A DNA stretch of 64,000 bases, taken from Hydrolagus colliei. Taxonomy: Eukaryota. The DNA lies in assembly GCA_035084275.1 (NCBI GenBank), contig CM068759.1, positions 10,044,001-10,108,000 on the forward strand, written 5' to 3'. This document shows, piece by piece, positions 1 through 12,550 of the stretch. Numbering within the stretch: position 1 is the stretch's first letter; each line of letters opens with the position of its first letter. Under the pieces are notes generated by a model that saw only the letters and a program-made list of their open reading frames with translations, was not told the DNA's origin and searched no databases. A program made the position numbers and the translations under genes.

Positions 1-469
1 GGGTGGGTGTGTGGAGGGAAGGGGGGGGTGTGTGTGGAGGGAGGGAAGGGGGGGGGGGGGGTGGAGAGGGTCGCTCTCCTCTCAGGCCTGGGCAGCCTCC
101 CCACCCCTCCCCCACCGCCATGGCTACGCACAGTCACTACACTACACCCGGTCTCACTCCAAACACTCTCTCTCTCTCTCTCACTGTCTCTCACTCACTC
201 ACCCTCTCTCTCTCTCTCTCTGATCTTCACAATTTCACTGTGTTATATTTTATACAGACAGAGACACAGATGTTTTATTCACTTGAATAAACCCTCAGCT
301 CAGCGCCACTCACTGTTTCCTGTTCCACAGTCAAAGGTTCCCCCCGGAACCGCGGGGCCTCGGACAAACAGTCCCCCCCCCCCCCCCCCCCACCTACCCC
401 AGCCCCGCCCCCCCCACACCCAACTCTGTCCCTCCCACTGCCAACCCCCACACCCTCCACCCCTCCCTC

Positions 470-1064
470 TCAACAACAACAACAAAATGGCATTTCCCCG
501 GTGCCTCTTACTGACTGCCCAGGGCGTTGGGACGTGAGAGGCGCTGTCCGGTGTGACGTTGTCGTTATCGTTTCACGTCAGGGGGACGTCCCAAGGAGCT
601 GGACAGACACTGTGTCAGCCCCGAGCTGGGGTCGGGGAACAGGGAGGGTGGAGGGAAAGGAGGGCGGGGGACCGGTGGGACCGTCGAAGAGGAGAGGCTC
701 GAGGCGGGACTGGAAGCAGGCGAGGGGTGGGGGGGCGGGGGGACTGCGGGGTTGGGGTTCCAGAGGTTGGGGGCGGAGTGGCTGAAGCCTCGCCCGATGG
801 TGGGGGACGTGGAGCAGCCCAGAGCCTGCTGAGCGGAGGGAGGGAGGGAGGGAGGGGGCGGCCAGGTTGCTGAGGGGTTAGGAGGTCACGGAGGGAGGGA
901 GGGAGGGTGGGGGGAGAGGCCGTGGAGGGTTTTGAAGGTGAGGACCAGGATCTTGAATTGGATCCTCTGGGAGCCAATGGAGTCGGGCGAGGATGGGGGG
1001 AGATGGGGTCACGGAGCTTGGAGCGATGGGGGACACGGACTGCTGAGCTCTGGATGCAAGTCAC
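470..1064 (-). mobile_element. LINE L2-clade 3' fragment
   Basis: Degenerate HWLP..RIQFKILVLTFK-type ORF2 C-terminus plus (TTG)n tail. Confidence 0.75.
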
Positions 1065-2340
1065 CCTTATTAAATGGCTAAATTGATGATATTCGGTTTA
1101 TTTATGCTGATAGTGTGTTCAACGCATTGGCAAATAGGCAACAGGAATATTCTTAATGGTGAACTAGTTTACAGCCCTGCAATTAGATGTAAAATGACTG
1201 AATATTTGGTTATAGGACCGCTAGAGTTCCTGTTAATTTAACAAATAAAGGTTAATGTGCAGATAACGTCAGAAATGAACTTCTTAATGTAGAATGCTTT
1301 TCCGTTGAGCAATGTAAATGGTAATCATAACCTTTCTTAGGAATCTGTAAAGAAATATGATTGAAAGGTTTTAATAAAACACATGCAAAATATGCCGTAT
1401 GATTTATTCATGTTAATTTCTCAGTTTGTCCCATGTTTAATGCATGTTATTTGTAAGGATAATTTAATCCATTAAAAAAATTGTTGTATTGGAGCACACA
1501 CCACAAATACTGTACATAAAAACAAATACTGCAGCCCTGTCAAACCTCATATTGATTAATAAAATCAATTCAGTCCAAGGTAAATGTGCAAAATAAATGA
1601 TTAAATTATTAGTGCTATCAATATTCTAATAATCATAATAATAATCCTTGCATTTAATATAGCACTTAATCACATCTTCAAGGTGCCTCAAAGAACTTCA
1701 CGCAATATACTGTAAAATGAATTGCCTGTTAATATCTTGTGGTCAAATATATTTTCTGTCCCCCAATTTCTATATTATAATGTATGCTATGAATCAATAG
1801 CATTGAATTGTTTTATTCCAAATGTCTTAAGTTTAGAAATAATAAGAATAATTCTGCATTTGATAAGAGACGTTTCAGGTTGGGAGACCATCTCAAATTG
1901 GTCACACATTGATTCATTTAACCTGAACTCATTTGTTAATGTCTCATCCGAAGAATGACAATGTAGGCGCATGCGGCCCCCAGCATACCCCAGGAGTATG
2001 AGGCGACCAGTGCAAATTCCTTTAACGACAAACCTTGATTTATTTTCATCTAGCGTTTCTCATGTTCTGATTTCTCTTTAGGGAAATAACATTAAGGGAT
2101 ATAGTATAGAGGTAGTTCGGGTCATCTGCCCATCCGGCCACCAGGAAGGTGGAAGACTAGATGAACCGTGATCTTGTTTCGTCTAAGCGTTTCTCATGTT
2201 CTGTGCGTTGACTTTCCCTGAATCGACATTGTTGAAATTTACTATCCCCGGGATTAGTTCAAGTGCCTTGTCTTTTGTTTGATTGAACATGCAACATTCT
2301 CAGACCCTGGGTTATTCTATATTGCACGTGAAAGGCAAAA

Positions 2341-2359
2341 TACTACCATCTGGTGGCCA
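2341..2359 (-). promoter_or_regulatory. CTCF-like motif
   Basis: TGGCCACCAGATGGTAGTA versus consensus TGGCCACCAGGGGGCGCTA. Confidence 0.55.
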
Positions 2360-3874
2360 TTTGAATGTATTACATGAACCTAAAAAATAATTCATGCCTT
2401 AACCAGCGCATAAGATTTCTCAAATATTCTCCTTGCTGGACTCTGCCATTCACAAACTCTTAACTAAAGCTCAGGTGGTTTGCTGCTGACTAACAATGAT
2501 GTTAGTCTGCACACGCAGAAGAATTTTGTGGGATTTCCCAACTCCTCTTGTTCGCCGTCAATATACAGACACATTTTACAGGGAATCCTATGCAGCGCTT
2601 TTGAGACATCTTCCCGACATGAAAAACGCGGTATCAACTCCAAGTTTATAGTTTATTTCTATTGTCTTTTGATTTACGATGTCATTCAGCAGCGCTCAAG
2701 ATCATATCAATGAGATTGCTAAAATTTATAAATACTACTACACTTTTGATAACCCTTGTATTTGGCATTGCGCCTTTCTCAAGCATCAAGAGGATAGACT
2801 GTAACGCACAGTGACTGTGTACTTTGTAGGCGAATGCAGTAGGAAACAGCCATGGAGTGAAGTGAGTGTTGGCCGTCATTGAGCCGAGATGCCAGGATAT
2901 CCACAGAACTATATTTGTACAGTGACTTTCATGTCGGAAGGATGTCACAAAGCGCTAGACAGTCAGGGTTCGCACCTGAGTTGGGGATCGGGGATGGTGG
3001 AGGACAGGGAGAGGAGTGTAACCAAAGGCACAAAGTGGAGGTTCTTGAGACGGGTCTTGAAAGAGGTAAGGGAGGGGGTGAGGTTGAGGGACTGTGGGAT
3101 AGAGTTCCAGAGGTTGGGGAAACGGTGGTTTGGGCAATACGGGGGATGTGAAACAGCCAGTGGAATTGGGCGAGGGTGGGGGTGATAGGTCATGGAGTCT
3201 GTCAAAGTTCTATAACAGTTCTATTCATGCAACACTGTAAATTCGGATAGAAGCATGAAGTAGCTTCATAACAATTTCTGAAATACATTGTTTGGTTAGT
3301 AACTGCTTGCAATGTGCAACCAGATGTGGGAATTTCAAGATGCCCTAAAAAGTGTGCAAAACTGCTTCACGTATCTAGGGAATGTATCAAAAGGTGCTTT
3401 GTTTTTGCATGTAAAATCGATTCAGTGATAAAAATAAAATCATTGGTGATTTGAGCAGAAATGCTGATATAAATCGGATGAAACGTAAAATCTCACAATA
3501 ACAAGGCACCACTTGCCTCACCAATACCTTCCAAATAAGTTTTCCACGTTTTCTTCCATGCTGAAACCAGATGGTTGTCAACCCTTTGCATCGAGGATTC
3601 TTCACAAAATTGGGGGGGAAAACAGCAACACGAGCTACGTCACGGTTTTCGGTGTTATTCCTTGACAGTTCTGCTATTTTATTTAGCGTTGGAAAAAAGC
3701 GCATCAGGAAAGAGTGCATCTAAAGTCATGTGGATCCTTTGAGCAACAAAGTTCTTCCGAATCACTGACCCAGCATTAGGAAGCGCAACAAAGCTTCAAT
3801 ACTAACGCTAGCGGCTTCCAGCAAAGCCCATTTTGGTGCTCTGCGATCTTTCGAAAGTACAACAAAGGAATGAG

Positions 3875-5444
3875 CACAGAATATGCTTCTGACACATTTA
3901 TTTTGCTATGAAGGGATGAGGATACAACGAACACATATCACAGAACCGTAGGAAAATAAAAACTGCAATGATGGAACGTTTTATATATCTGCATTAAGGT
4001 GCGTCAATGCACTCATGCACACACACACACACAAGGTTATTGTCAGCCTTTGTTACAGTTGTAAAGATTCTCGAATCCTTTTTAACTTCCCTGTTCAATT
4101 TGAAATTCTTGGGTTAAGTCACAAAATCGATCCTATCAAAAATATACAGTATTTAGCAATGGTAAACAAGACGGGGACAACCCATCTGATAATGCCAAGT
4201 GTTGCAAATAACCTCCTATCTTGGTGTATCATTGGAAGCATGAGCGTGGTGGTTTGACTTTGTAAGTGAGTACATAGATGGTGATTAAACTTCCTCAGTT
4301 CTTGATATTGAGGTACGCTTCCCACCCACCCTCCCCCATGTCATGCTCACTGAATATAATAACCCGCTTGAGTAGTCTGTATGGTTGAGGATTTGATTCT
4401 GAGCATTGCAACACTCTTCTTCTTTGAGTGAAAAAAAAGTCAGGAGAAGTTCTAAAGGTGGCAATACTTTTGTGACGGTGCGCATTGGAACAGTGAGGAA
4501 AACAAAAAGGCATTTACATCAAAAATTGTGAACCATTGCTAAGTATTTTTTTTACTGAACCCCTTATTTTGATCACTTTCTGAAGACACATCACCTGGAA
4601 CACCGAGCGGCGCCCTGACAAACATCTATCTAACTATTTCCTCGATTAAGACACCTGTGAAACATTGTTTTTTTCCCCCAAATTTTTCACTTTCAAATAA
4701 TTAAAGTTTATTTATTTTACAAAACAACACAAACTGCTGTCAGCCCAAGAGGCAGATTGCAACCAGCACTGGGCTACCTTCTGGATAGTAAAAATGTCAG
4801 GGAAGGTACACATCCAATCTTTATAATACCAGATAAGCATACTTCAATTATAAATTAACGCACGTCCAAACTGGGAACCAATATGTGCCAACCATTTCAA
4901 AACCTTTAGGATAATTTCTAATAATCGGTGCTGGGGACCTGCCTTAGCCGGTCAAAAAGGAGTAAACCAAAAATGCAACTAAATTGACATCCATTGCGTA
5001 AGCACGTGTTATCGAACACTATTTGCTGGATTTGTTTTCTTCCGTCTCCACAAACAGTATTTCTCTCGCCGGCGAAGCTCATGTACATAATGAATGACGG
5101 TTCGAGGTTCTATTTGGAATTTTCTCTTTCTCTCTCTCTTTCTCCCTCGCTCTTTCAACATGCGTCTCTCTCTATCTCTGTAAATGCGAACGTTTATTTT
5201 GCTTTGTGGTGCTTGCAACGGAAATGCTTTTAGCACTGCAGGAGTTATATATAGATATAACTATATATTATATATGTGGTTTTGTTTGCTTTACATCAAT
5301 ATTGATAATCGTTTTCCTGGTTCGGCTTTGCGAAGCATCGTGGCAGAGGGAAGTCTGTGGTGACGAAAGCAGCAATATGATCCTCCTCCTTTTTTGTTCA
5401 TGGGGGAAATTAAGGAGCTGGGTCTCCAAGGCTTTTCGAAGCTC
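3875..5444 (-). other. EPB41L1: Probable 3' UTR of EPB41L1
   Basis: Repeat-poor AT-rich stretch after the stop codon, ending near an AATAAA. Confidence 0.55.
3897..3902 (-). terminator. Candidate polyadenylation signal AATAAA
   Basis: Followed on the minus strand by a U/GU-rich element (ttcctttgttgtac); other AATAAA at about 4708-4717 and 5193-5198. Confidence 0.5.
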
Positions 5445-5450
5445 TTATGC
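5445..5450 (-). CDS. EPB41L1: Coding part of the terminal exon (Ala-stop)
   Basis: Strong acceptor ctcttttctttcag followed by GCA TAA; human 4.1N likewise ends in a very short coding stub (recalled). Confidence 0.75.
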   Translation of the reverse strand, partial: A

Positions 5451-5589
5451 CTGAAAGAAAAGAGGCCACAGATTTACAGTTCATACTGTAATGTTTGTAA
5501 AAGTTACTGTACATCCAAACCAAGTCATACCGAATAAGCTGGGATACAACGAGCTAGCTTGAGAGGCTATAGTCTTGATGTGTTTCTGT

Positions 5590-5922
5590 GGAGCTCCTGT
5601 AGCTCAGTGATTAGAGCACTGGCCTTACAAGCGTGAGACCTGTGTTCGAATCCAGGTAGGTCGGGGAGAAACCTCGGGCTAGTTTCCTTACTCCACACGC
5701 CTAATAATAATCCCTCCCCCCCAAAAAACACAATAATAAAAAATTGGTCATTTCAATCCACGACTGTTTGTGGGACGCCGCTGTGCACAATTGGCTGCCG
5801 CGTTTCACCCACAAATATACAGTCAATTCACTTTACAATATATTCTGTGAAGCGCTTTGAGACGTCGATAAGATGTGAAAAGCGCTATATCAAATGCAAG
5901 GATTATTATTATTATTATTATT
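5590..5922 (+). mobile_element. Full-length tRNA-derived Deu-domain SINE
   Basis: A-box tagctcagtg, B-box gttcgaatcc, Deu-like tgtgcacaattggctgccgcgtttc, L2-like tail ending in (ATT)n. Confidence 0.9.
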
Positions 5923-6157
5923 ATAGACAGGACACGTTTTGACAAGGCTTTGCCACGGATCAGACCTCCCCCTTTCTGGTACTGAGATCGGACGAAGCGA
6001 ACAGCTTGTAAGGCGGGATTAGAGGGGGTGAGACAGAAGGGTGTCACGCAGAGTGATATGGCACAGGAAAGGACCACTTGGCCCACAAAGCACAAGCAAG
6101 AGGCAGGCAGAGAACAGGCAACGTTTTACATAATGAGGGCATGGGCTGGCACTTCAC

Positions 6158-6289
6158 CTTGGATCCGTTTTCCTTGGATTCGCTTTCCTTTTGCTCTGGG
6201 GTGGGCTCCGATTCTTTGTAAACCACGGCCTTGGTCACGAGCATGTCTGGGTGCTCCTGCTTCACTTCCTTGATCGCAAGAGCCAAAGC
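6158..6289 (-). CDS. EPB41L1: 4.1 CTD exon ([26 protein letters not shown]...NGSK)
   Basis: 132 nt; ctccag acceptor, gtgaag donor; [12 protein letters not shown] matches 4.1N. Confidence 0.95.
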
Positions 6290-7310
6290 CTGGAGTGGAC
6301 AATACATCCCCGGTCAGCCAGGAACCCCCCCCACGAGGTCAGGAATACACATTCCGTCAACTGTGCAACCCATCAGTTTGGTTAGTTGATCATTAAGGAA
6401 CTGGGGAGTAGATTAATGATTTATTTTTTTCCAATAAAAGGGATTCAACGGCCTGTGATTCAGAGTAAGACCCTCTGCCCCCGCCCCCCACCTCCCCCCC
6501 TTACACCCTCTGCCTCACCATCGGAGGTCGTGCTTTCAGTAAAGACCTGCATACAACCCAAGAGTTGTAAATAGCATTCCTTCCGTTTTGTCGTGCGGAA
6601 ATGCACACTCACTACACTCCGTGGTAAACACGGTGAAGCCCTTTTGAGACGTCCTCCTAATGCGAAAGGCGCTAAAATCAAGCATTGGCATTGCAATGAT
6701 TTAGGATGGCAAATGTTTTGCTGTTCGGTGCATAAGAGGTTGGTCAGACATGATTTAATGTTCAAATGTGTGTTCCTTTGAGCTGCAAAGTCAATTTTGT
6801 ATTGTTGGAATTCCATATAGCCTTTGTGTGAATTAAAACTATTGTACAAAAGCAATGCTGATTTATAGACAGTGGTACAGTAAATGCACTGTCTAAAGCT
6901 TTGAAGCTTCTGAGGAGTAAGCTATTCAGCCCCTCGATTCTGTTAGATCACGGCTGATCTGTACCTCAACTTCAACTTATATCATGTATTCAGTGTCTGA
7001 CGTTCTGGATATAAGTGTGTAGCAGGCGTTTCTAACTCCCTTTGTGTACCCTGCGTCTCGCACCCCCCTGCCCCCCATCTGTCTTTAAATCCTGCCAAAA
7101 ACCTAACCCTTCAACCGCGTCTCAGATCACGCTGCCCCTCCCGTGCTCGGCACCTGACCCTGTCTTGGGACGTCCTCCCGACGTGAAAGGCGCTATATAA
7201 ATGTAAATTGTTGTTGTTGTTGTCTTGGTGACGCGCTCCGGGCCCGTTAGCACTAAACGAACGCAACGAGATCCTGGAAGAGATTCACTCTGAGAAACCC
7301 GGCCCCTTAC

Positions 7311-7391
7311 CTGGTCCTGGTCAACGTCTGCGTCTCCTGTGATGATGATTCTTTTCTCAATTCTTGTTTCCGAGAAGCCCCCTTTCACTGA
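7311..7391 (-). CDS. EPB41L1: 4.1 CTD exon ([27 protein letters not shown])
   Basis: 81 nt; attcag acceptor, gtaagg donor; CTD signature. Confidence 0.97.
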
Positions 7392-8108
7392 CTGAATGCA
7401 CAACAAAGTCAGTTTGTTAATGGCTGTTTAAAGTGGACGGCAAATTAAATCTGAACGTATAGGTTATTCCAATCATTGAGCGCTTCTTGGTGCAATTCCA
7501 ATGTGACGTTTACTACAATCACCCAGCTTAACTGAACATAATTGCTACTTAAAGAGAGAAAGCTCAGTCTGATGGATCCATTGCAGAAACTGTGTAATTG
7601 TCCTAAAGTCTTTTTATCAGATGGAAGGATGATTATTACAATACAAAACTCGCATACATCTTATCTCCTAACTCAAAAAGCTGCTGCCCTACCATCCATT
7701 ACTCCCACTTACCAGACGGCTGCTCTGAATCGCAGTAATGTTTATTAGTTACAGCGAAGCGAGAATTCGTATGGCTGATCAACTGACAGCATAAAATATT
7801 AAATGATCAGAAAAGGTCGCTCCATGACCCCGTCTTCCCCATCCTCGCCCGACTCTATTGGCACCCCATCACCCAGAAGATCCAATTCAAGATCCTGGTC
7901 TTTACATTGAAAGCCCTCCATGGCCTGGCCCACACTAACTCTGCGACCTCCTAACCCCCTATCAACCTACTCAGCCTCCCCACTGCAGCAGGCTCTCCCC
8001 TGACCCACTCACCCATCTTGCCATCAGCCATCGATCCCGCTTTACCTGGCGCTCTCAACAATGAAGTGCATGCTCAACGCGATCTACGTTGTGGACGCAG
8101 GCTCTCAC

Positions 8109-8207
8109 CTTGGTGATGTGTGTGGTAGTTGATGTAGAGATGGTTTCCGAAGTGACAGACTGATTGTTAGTTATGGACGCAGGTCCACCTTTACTCTCGC
8201 CGTCAAC
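8109..8207 (-). CDS. EPB41L1: 4.1 CTD exon (VDGESKGG...TSETISTSTTTHITK)
   Basis: 99 nt; cccag acceptor, gtgaga donor; TTTHITK motif. Confidence 0.94.
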
Positions 8208-8699
8208 CTGGGATGCCAAAAAACACATTCACAACTTACAAGCGGGCTCGGGAGCGCAAGCCAACGTAGCTTTAACCTCGTGATTTTTTTAAAAAAAAAC
8301 ACCTTTGTAGCTAGCGTTCAGCAACTTACAGCTGAAGGTGAGGACGCAAATTCCGAGACAACGGTCTGAGAGCTCGAAACAACCTCGGCCGCTGAACTGA
8401 GAACGCTGTTGGCCTGCAGGAACAAACACAAACACAGTTTAAACTGGCCAATTTATATTAACAACATCTTGCACTTATCCAGGACCTTGTACATAGGAAA
8501 CCAACATAACCAACAACAACTTTGATTTACATAGAGGCGTCTCAGAGCGCTTCACAACAACTGATCCCAGGGGAGGGGCAGGGGGAGAAAGGTGACCGAA
8601 AGCGCGGACGGAAGAGAAAGTCTTTAGCAGAGACCTGCAACTAGGAAGTGAGGGGCGGGTGAGGCGAACAGAGTGAGGAAGGGAGTTCCAGAGCGCTTC

Positions 8700-8804
8700 A
8701 ATAAAAAACAGAAGTTGCTGGGAACACACACACAGTACGTCAAGCAGCATCTATGGAGAGAGGAAAACGAGGAAACGTTTCAGGTCGATGACGTTCGCCT
8801 GACT
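8700..8804 (-). mobile_element. Penelope-like element terminal remnant
   Basis: gcagcatctatggagag...aacgtttcaggtcgatgac resembles the shark PLE terminal repeat as recalled; a related fragment lies at 63930-64000. Confidence 0.55.
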
Positions 8805-9214
8805 GACACACAAGTGCGAGCTCGAGCAGGGATGGAAGTTTGGAGGGTGGATTGAGGGGACGGGAGGGGATTGGGGAGGTGACCAAAGGCGCAATCAAAG
8901 AGATTGTTTTTTTAAGGATTAAGGAATTGAAATTGGAGAGAGTGGGTGCAATCCCGGAGGAGATTTAAAGAGAGAGCACCAGAGAACAGGGCAAAGTGGC
9001 TGAATACTCACCTACTGATGGTCGAGGAGGATGGGGGGAGGAAAGGGTATAAAAACATAAGAAATGCTAGACGAAAAAAGACAAAGGTCCAAAGTTTGGC
9101 TTCCACCTTCCTGGTGGTTGCGTGCACATATGTCCCAAACTACCTATGTACTCTATATATATATATATATATATATATCCCATAATGTTATTTCCTAAAA
9201 GAAAAATAACAGCA

Positions 9215-9640
9215 ACAAAATAAATAAATAACATTTGTGTGGCACCTTTCACGTCGGGAGGACATCCCAAGGTGCTGGATAGTCAGGTTTCGGACCTCAG
9301 CTGGGGTCGGGATCGAGGAGGGTGTGACCAATGGCACAGTTGAAGGAGGGTCTTGAGGCGGGACTTGAAGGAGGCGAGGGAGGGGGTGAGGTCGAGGGAT
9401 TGTGGGAATGGAAATCCAAAGGTTGGGAGCAGAGTGGCTGCAGGGGCGGGTGGATCGGGGGGGCAAGGAAAGGCCGGAGCCCGCTGAGCGGAGGGAGCAG
9501 ACAGGTTGAGTTGGGAGTTTGTGGAGTAGTGAGGGGGGGGGGGGGCAAGGCCATGGAGGGCTTTGAAAGTGAGGAGAAGGAGCTTGAATTGAATCCTCTG
9601 TGTGATGGGAAGCCAGTGGAGATAGGCGAGTATTGTGGGG
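9215..9640 (-). mobile_element. LINE L2-clade 3' fragment
   Basis: ORF track LAYLHWLPITQRIQFKLLLLTFKALHGLAP, followed by the 3' tail. Confidence 0.85.
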
Positions 9641-10020
9641 TGGAATATAAGAACATAAATGCTAGAGGAAAAGGAAGGGAGGGAGTGGGGGACGGAAGTG
9701 GTGGGGGGCAATGTCTAGCAGTGGCAGGATGATCATTAACTCTAAACATAGTGCAAGTTGAAAATTAAGGGTTGTATTTTTCCAAATTCTGGATGCGACC
9801 AAAATGTTTCACAAATACAACTATAACAATAAAAAGTTACATTTGTATTGTTATATTTTAGCGCCTTTCACGTCGGGAATACTCAAACTTGAGGCAGAAT
9901 TCCGCCCTCACCCCCATACCAACCACTCTGCGAGTGTGAGTGTTTGTGTGTGAGTGTGAGCATGTGTGAGACTGTATGCGTGACGTTTTCTGAAAACAAG
10001 CAAAAAAAACACCCGAGCAC

Positions 10021-10140
10021 CTGTGTGGCCGTCACAGTGGTTTTGGTCTCTGATGCTAAAGACGTTTCTTCCTTTGGGGAAACTTCAGACTTCACAGACT
10101 GGACATCACTCGCGGGAATAGTTACCGGTTTCCTGGCAGG
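10021..10140 (-). CDS. EPB41L1: 4.1N exon, 120 nt (PARKPVTIPASDV...TVTATQ)
   Basis: ctcttgcag acceptor, CAG|gtgctc donor; positional homolog of human PVKTET...DNTQ. Confidence 0.8.
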
Positions 10141-11282
10141 CTGCAAGAGAAGGAGACACCAACCTTTCAAATTCATTCGTCCTTATACAAGGGGATCACT
10201 GGCCCCAAATTCCACCTAGCCTTAGAGCGTAAGATCATTTGGTCATACAACTGAAGGTTCCACAGAATTGACGAAAATTCCTGAATCCATTGATAAACCA
10301 ATCTGTGTGAAATACAGTCAATCTGCTTCATAGGACATTCTATGAAGCGCTTTGAGAGGCCTCAAGGGTGTGATAAGGCGCTATATTAAATGCACAAATT
10401 ATTATTATCATCGTCATTTATATTTCTGCAGCGCCTTTCGGGTCAGGGGCACGTCTCAAAGTGCTTCACCTGGGAAACTTAATTTGGAGCTTAATTTGTA
10501 AGAGCTTTTCAAGAGTTCCGGGCAGATCCGAATTTCAAGGCTCGGTGCAATTTGGGAGCTGTGATTAACATTCTGTTCACGGCAACATCCCGCAGTCAGA
10601 GAGAAAGCTTCATTTGGGGAATAAACAACACAGACATAAGATGTCAACAGGCGACAATCAACGTTCATGCAGACATTGTTTTTGGCAATGAATAATCCAG
10701 CAGTAATCTCTTAAGGGAGCTACATGCAATAATTAAAGTGACTTGTATTCTCAAACCTTCGGTTTATATAATATTCAGACCCAAAAAAATCACAGAAACC
10801 TTAGCATTATATGTTAATAGCATTTTAACAGTAAAATTATGTAAAATTCCTTATTGAAGTACTGCATGGAGCTCCTTTAACTGAAACATTCCCGGCTGAA
10901 AGCAAAATGCCTTCTTTAGCAAACCATTCGGTGGAGCGCGTGTGAGGAATGGATTAGTACTTGAGCAAACGCTCTTGAAACAAAAATACATTGACATTAA
11001 GAAGGTGCCTCATTAACTGGCACATAATGTAACACAGACAGACACTTTTTACACTCAATTAGAGGAAAGCAAGCATGCTCTTGAGAGGCAATTAATGAAG
11101 AACATCAAGTAATAATTGGCAGGAGGGCAGCTTGCCCTAATTCATGAATGTATTAGTCAACCTGATCTGCAGTCTGGTTTAGGGAATGGTGGGGATGCAG
11201 AGGTTATGGTTTTACACACAAAGGGAAAGTTGAAAACACAGGTGACATGGACAATCACTAGGTGGGAGGGGGGAGATTTTAC

Positions 11283-11717
11283 CTCAAAGTGAGGTTTTTC
11301 TTGAGACTCTTCAGATAAATGGTCAATGGTTTTAAGTTGGTTCTCCCTTTGTGTTTGAGGAGATTGGCTTTCAGGACTTGAGGAAGGCAGATAACTGTCA
11401 ATGGCTTCCACTGTGTCACTGCCTAGCCCCTCTTTATCATCCTCTCTAGTTTGGGTTGGTTTCTTCTTCTGCACCTTCTCCTCCTCCTCCAGGACTATCT
11501 TACTGTCTCCCGCTTTCCCCGGTACTTTGAGATCTTCCTCAGCTTCCTCATGGGCTGTGGAGGCTGCGGGGACGCCTGTATGTTTATGGTCTCCCTGTGC
11601 GTGCAGCTCCTTTGTCAGGGTCTCTGGAGCACGTTCCTTCGTCTGTTCCACCGTCTCTACCACGTCTTGTTTGGCTGAAATAGGTCTCTCCTCTAAGTCC
11701 TGCTTTGTTTCAGTGCT
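11283..11717 (-). CDS. EPB41L1: 4.1N U3 exon, 435 nt (STETKQDLEE...EKPHFE)
   Basis: ttgctcag acceptor, GAG|gtaaaa donor; ends PHFE, like human PQFE. Confidence 0.8.
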
Positions 11718-12550
11718 CTGAGCAAGAAAGAACTGCGAGTATTAAGGCAGAAGGAATGAAACGCATTAGGAGTGGAATGGGATTAAGATGGATGTGTGCG
11801 TGTGTGCAAGAGGGAGGGAGGGCAAAATAGTGGAATTGGGTGAAAGTAAGGATGAACGTTTTTCAGAATGATCAATGCTCATGGGTAGGATGAAGAAATG
11901 GAAGGAAAACTAAAATCTAAACAACTCTGACCATTGTGAAATAACCAACCTGGGGTTTTCTAGATTCTTCACTGCACTTTTTACGTGGAGATGTAGGCTC
12001 CTGCAAATGAACCAAAAGTACTTGTGATTAAGCGGTCGTGTCTTGCAATCAAACAAAGAACATCTGCTCCCCCGAACAAATGAAATGAACACAACAGGGA
12101 GTTTGATATAACAGCTTTCACACGGACTGAAAGGCATTTTCTATGAATAATACGAGTACTAGGGAACGGCGATGTATCGGTTTTTCGATTAAACCCGATA
12201 TGATTTTCAGATCGGTATGCCGATATGGTGATTCTAAAAAAAACGTTATATCGAGAGATTCGATTTTAAAAATATACATCGTTATATTTTTAATATCGCT
12301 CCTGGCAATATATCAATATTGTTGGTATTATCAGTGTTATGCGATCTTTTCCAGCTTACCTTGTCGCCGGCATTGCAATCTCCTAGACTTAGAGCATGGA
12401 ATGCGCGTACATTCGGTGCGCGCGCACAATTAACGGGCGCGCACATCCGATGCGCGCGCACACTTTACTGTGTATACTCGACGTGAGTCGTGGCGTCTTA
12501 ACAAAGTCGCATCGCTGAAAATTGTAGTTTGAAAATTTACCTTTCTCATC

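Noticed and set aside
3-1064. Pro/Gly-rich ORFs
   Set aside because: G/C tracts, a (TC)n microsatellite and an L2 remnant
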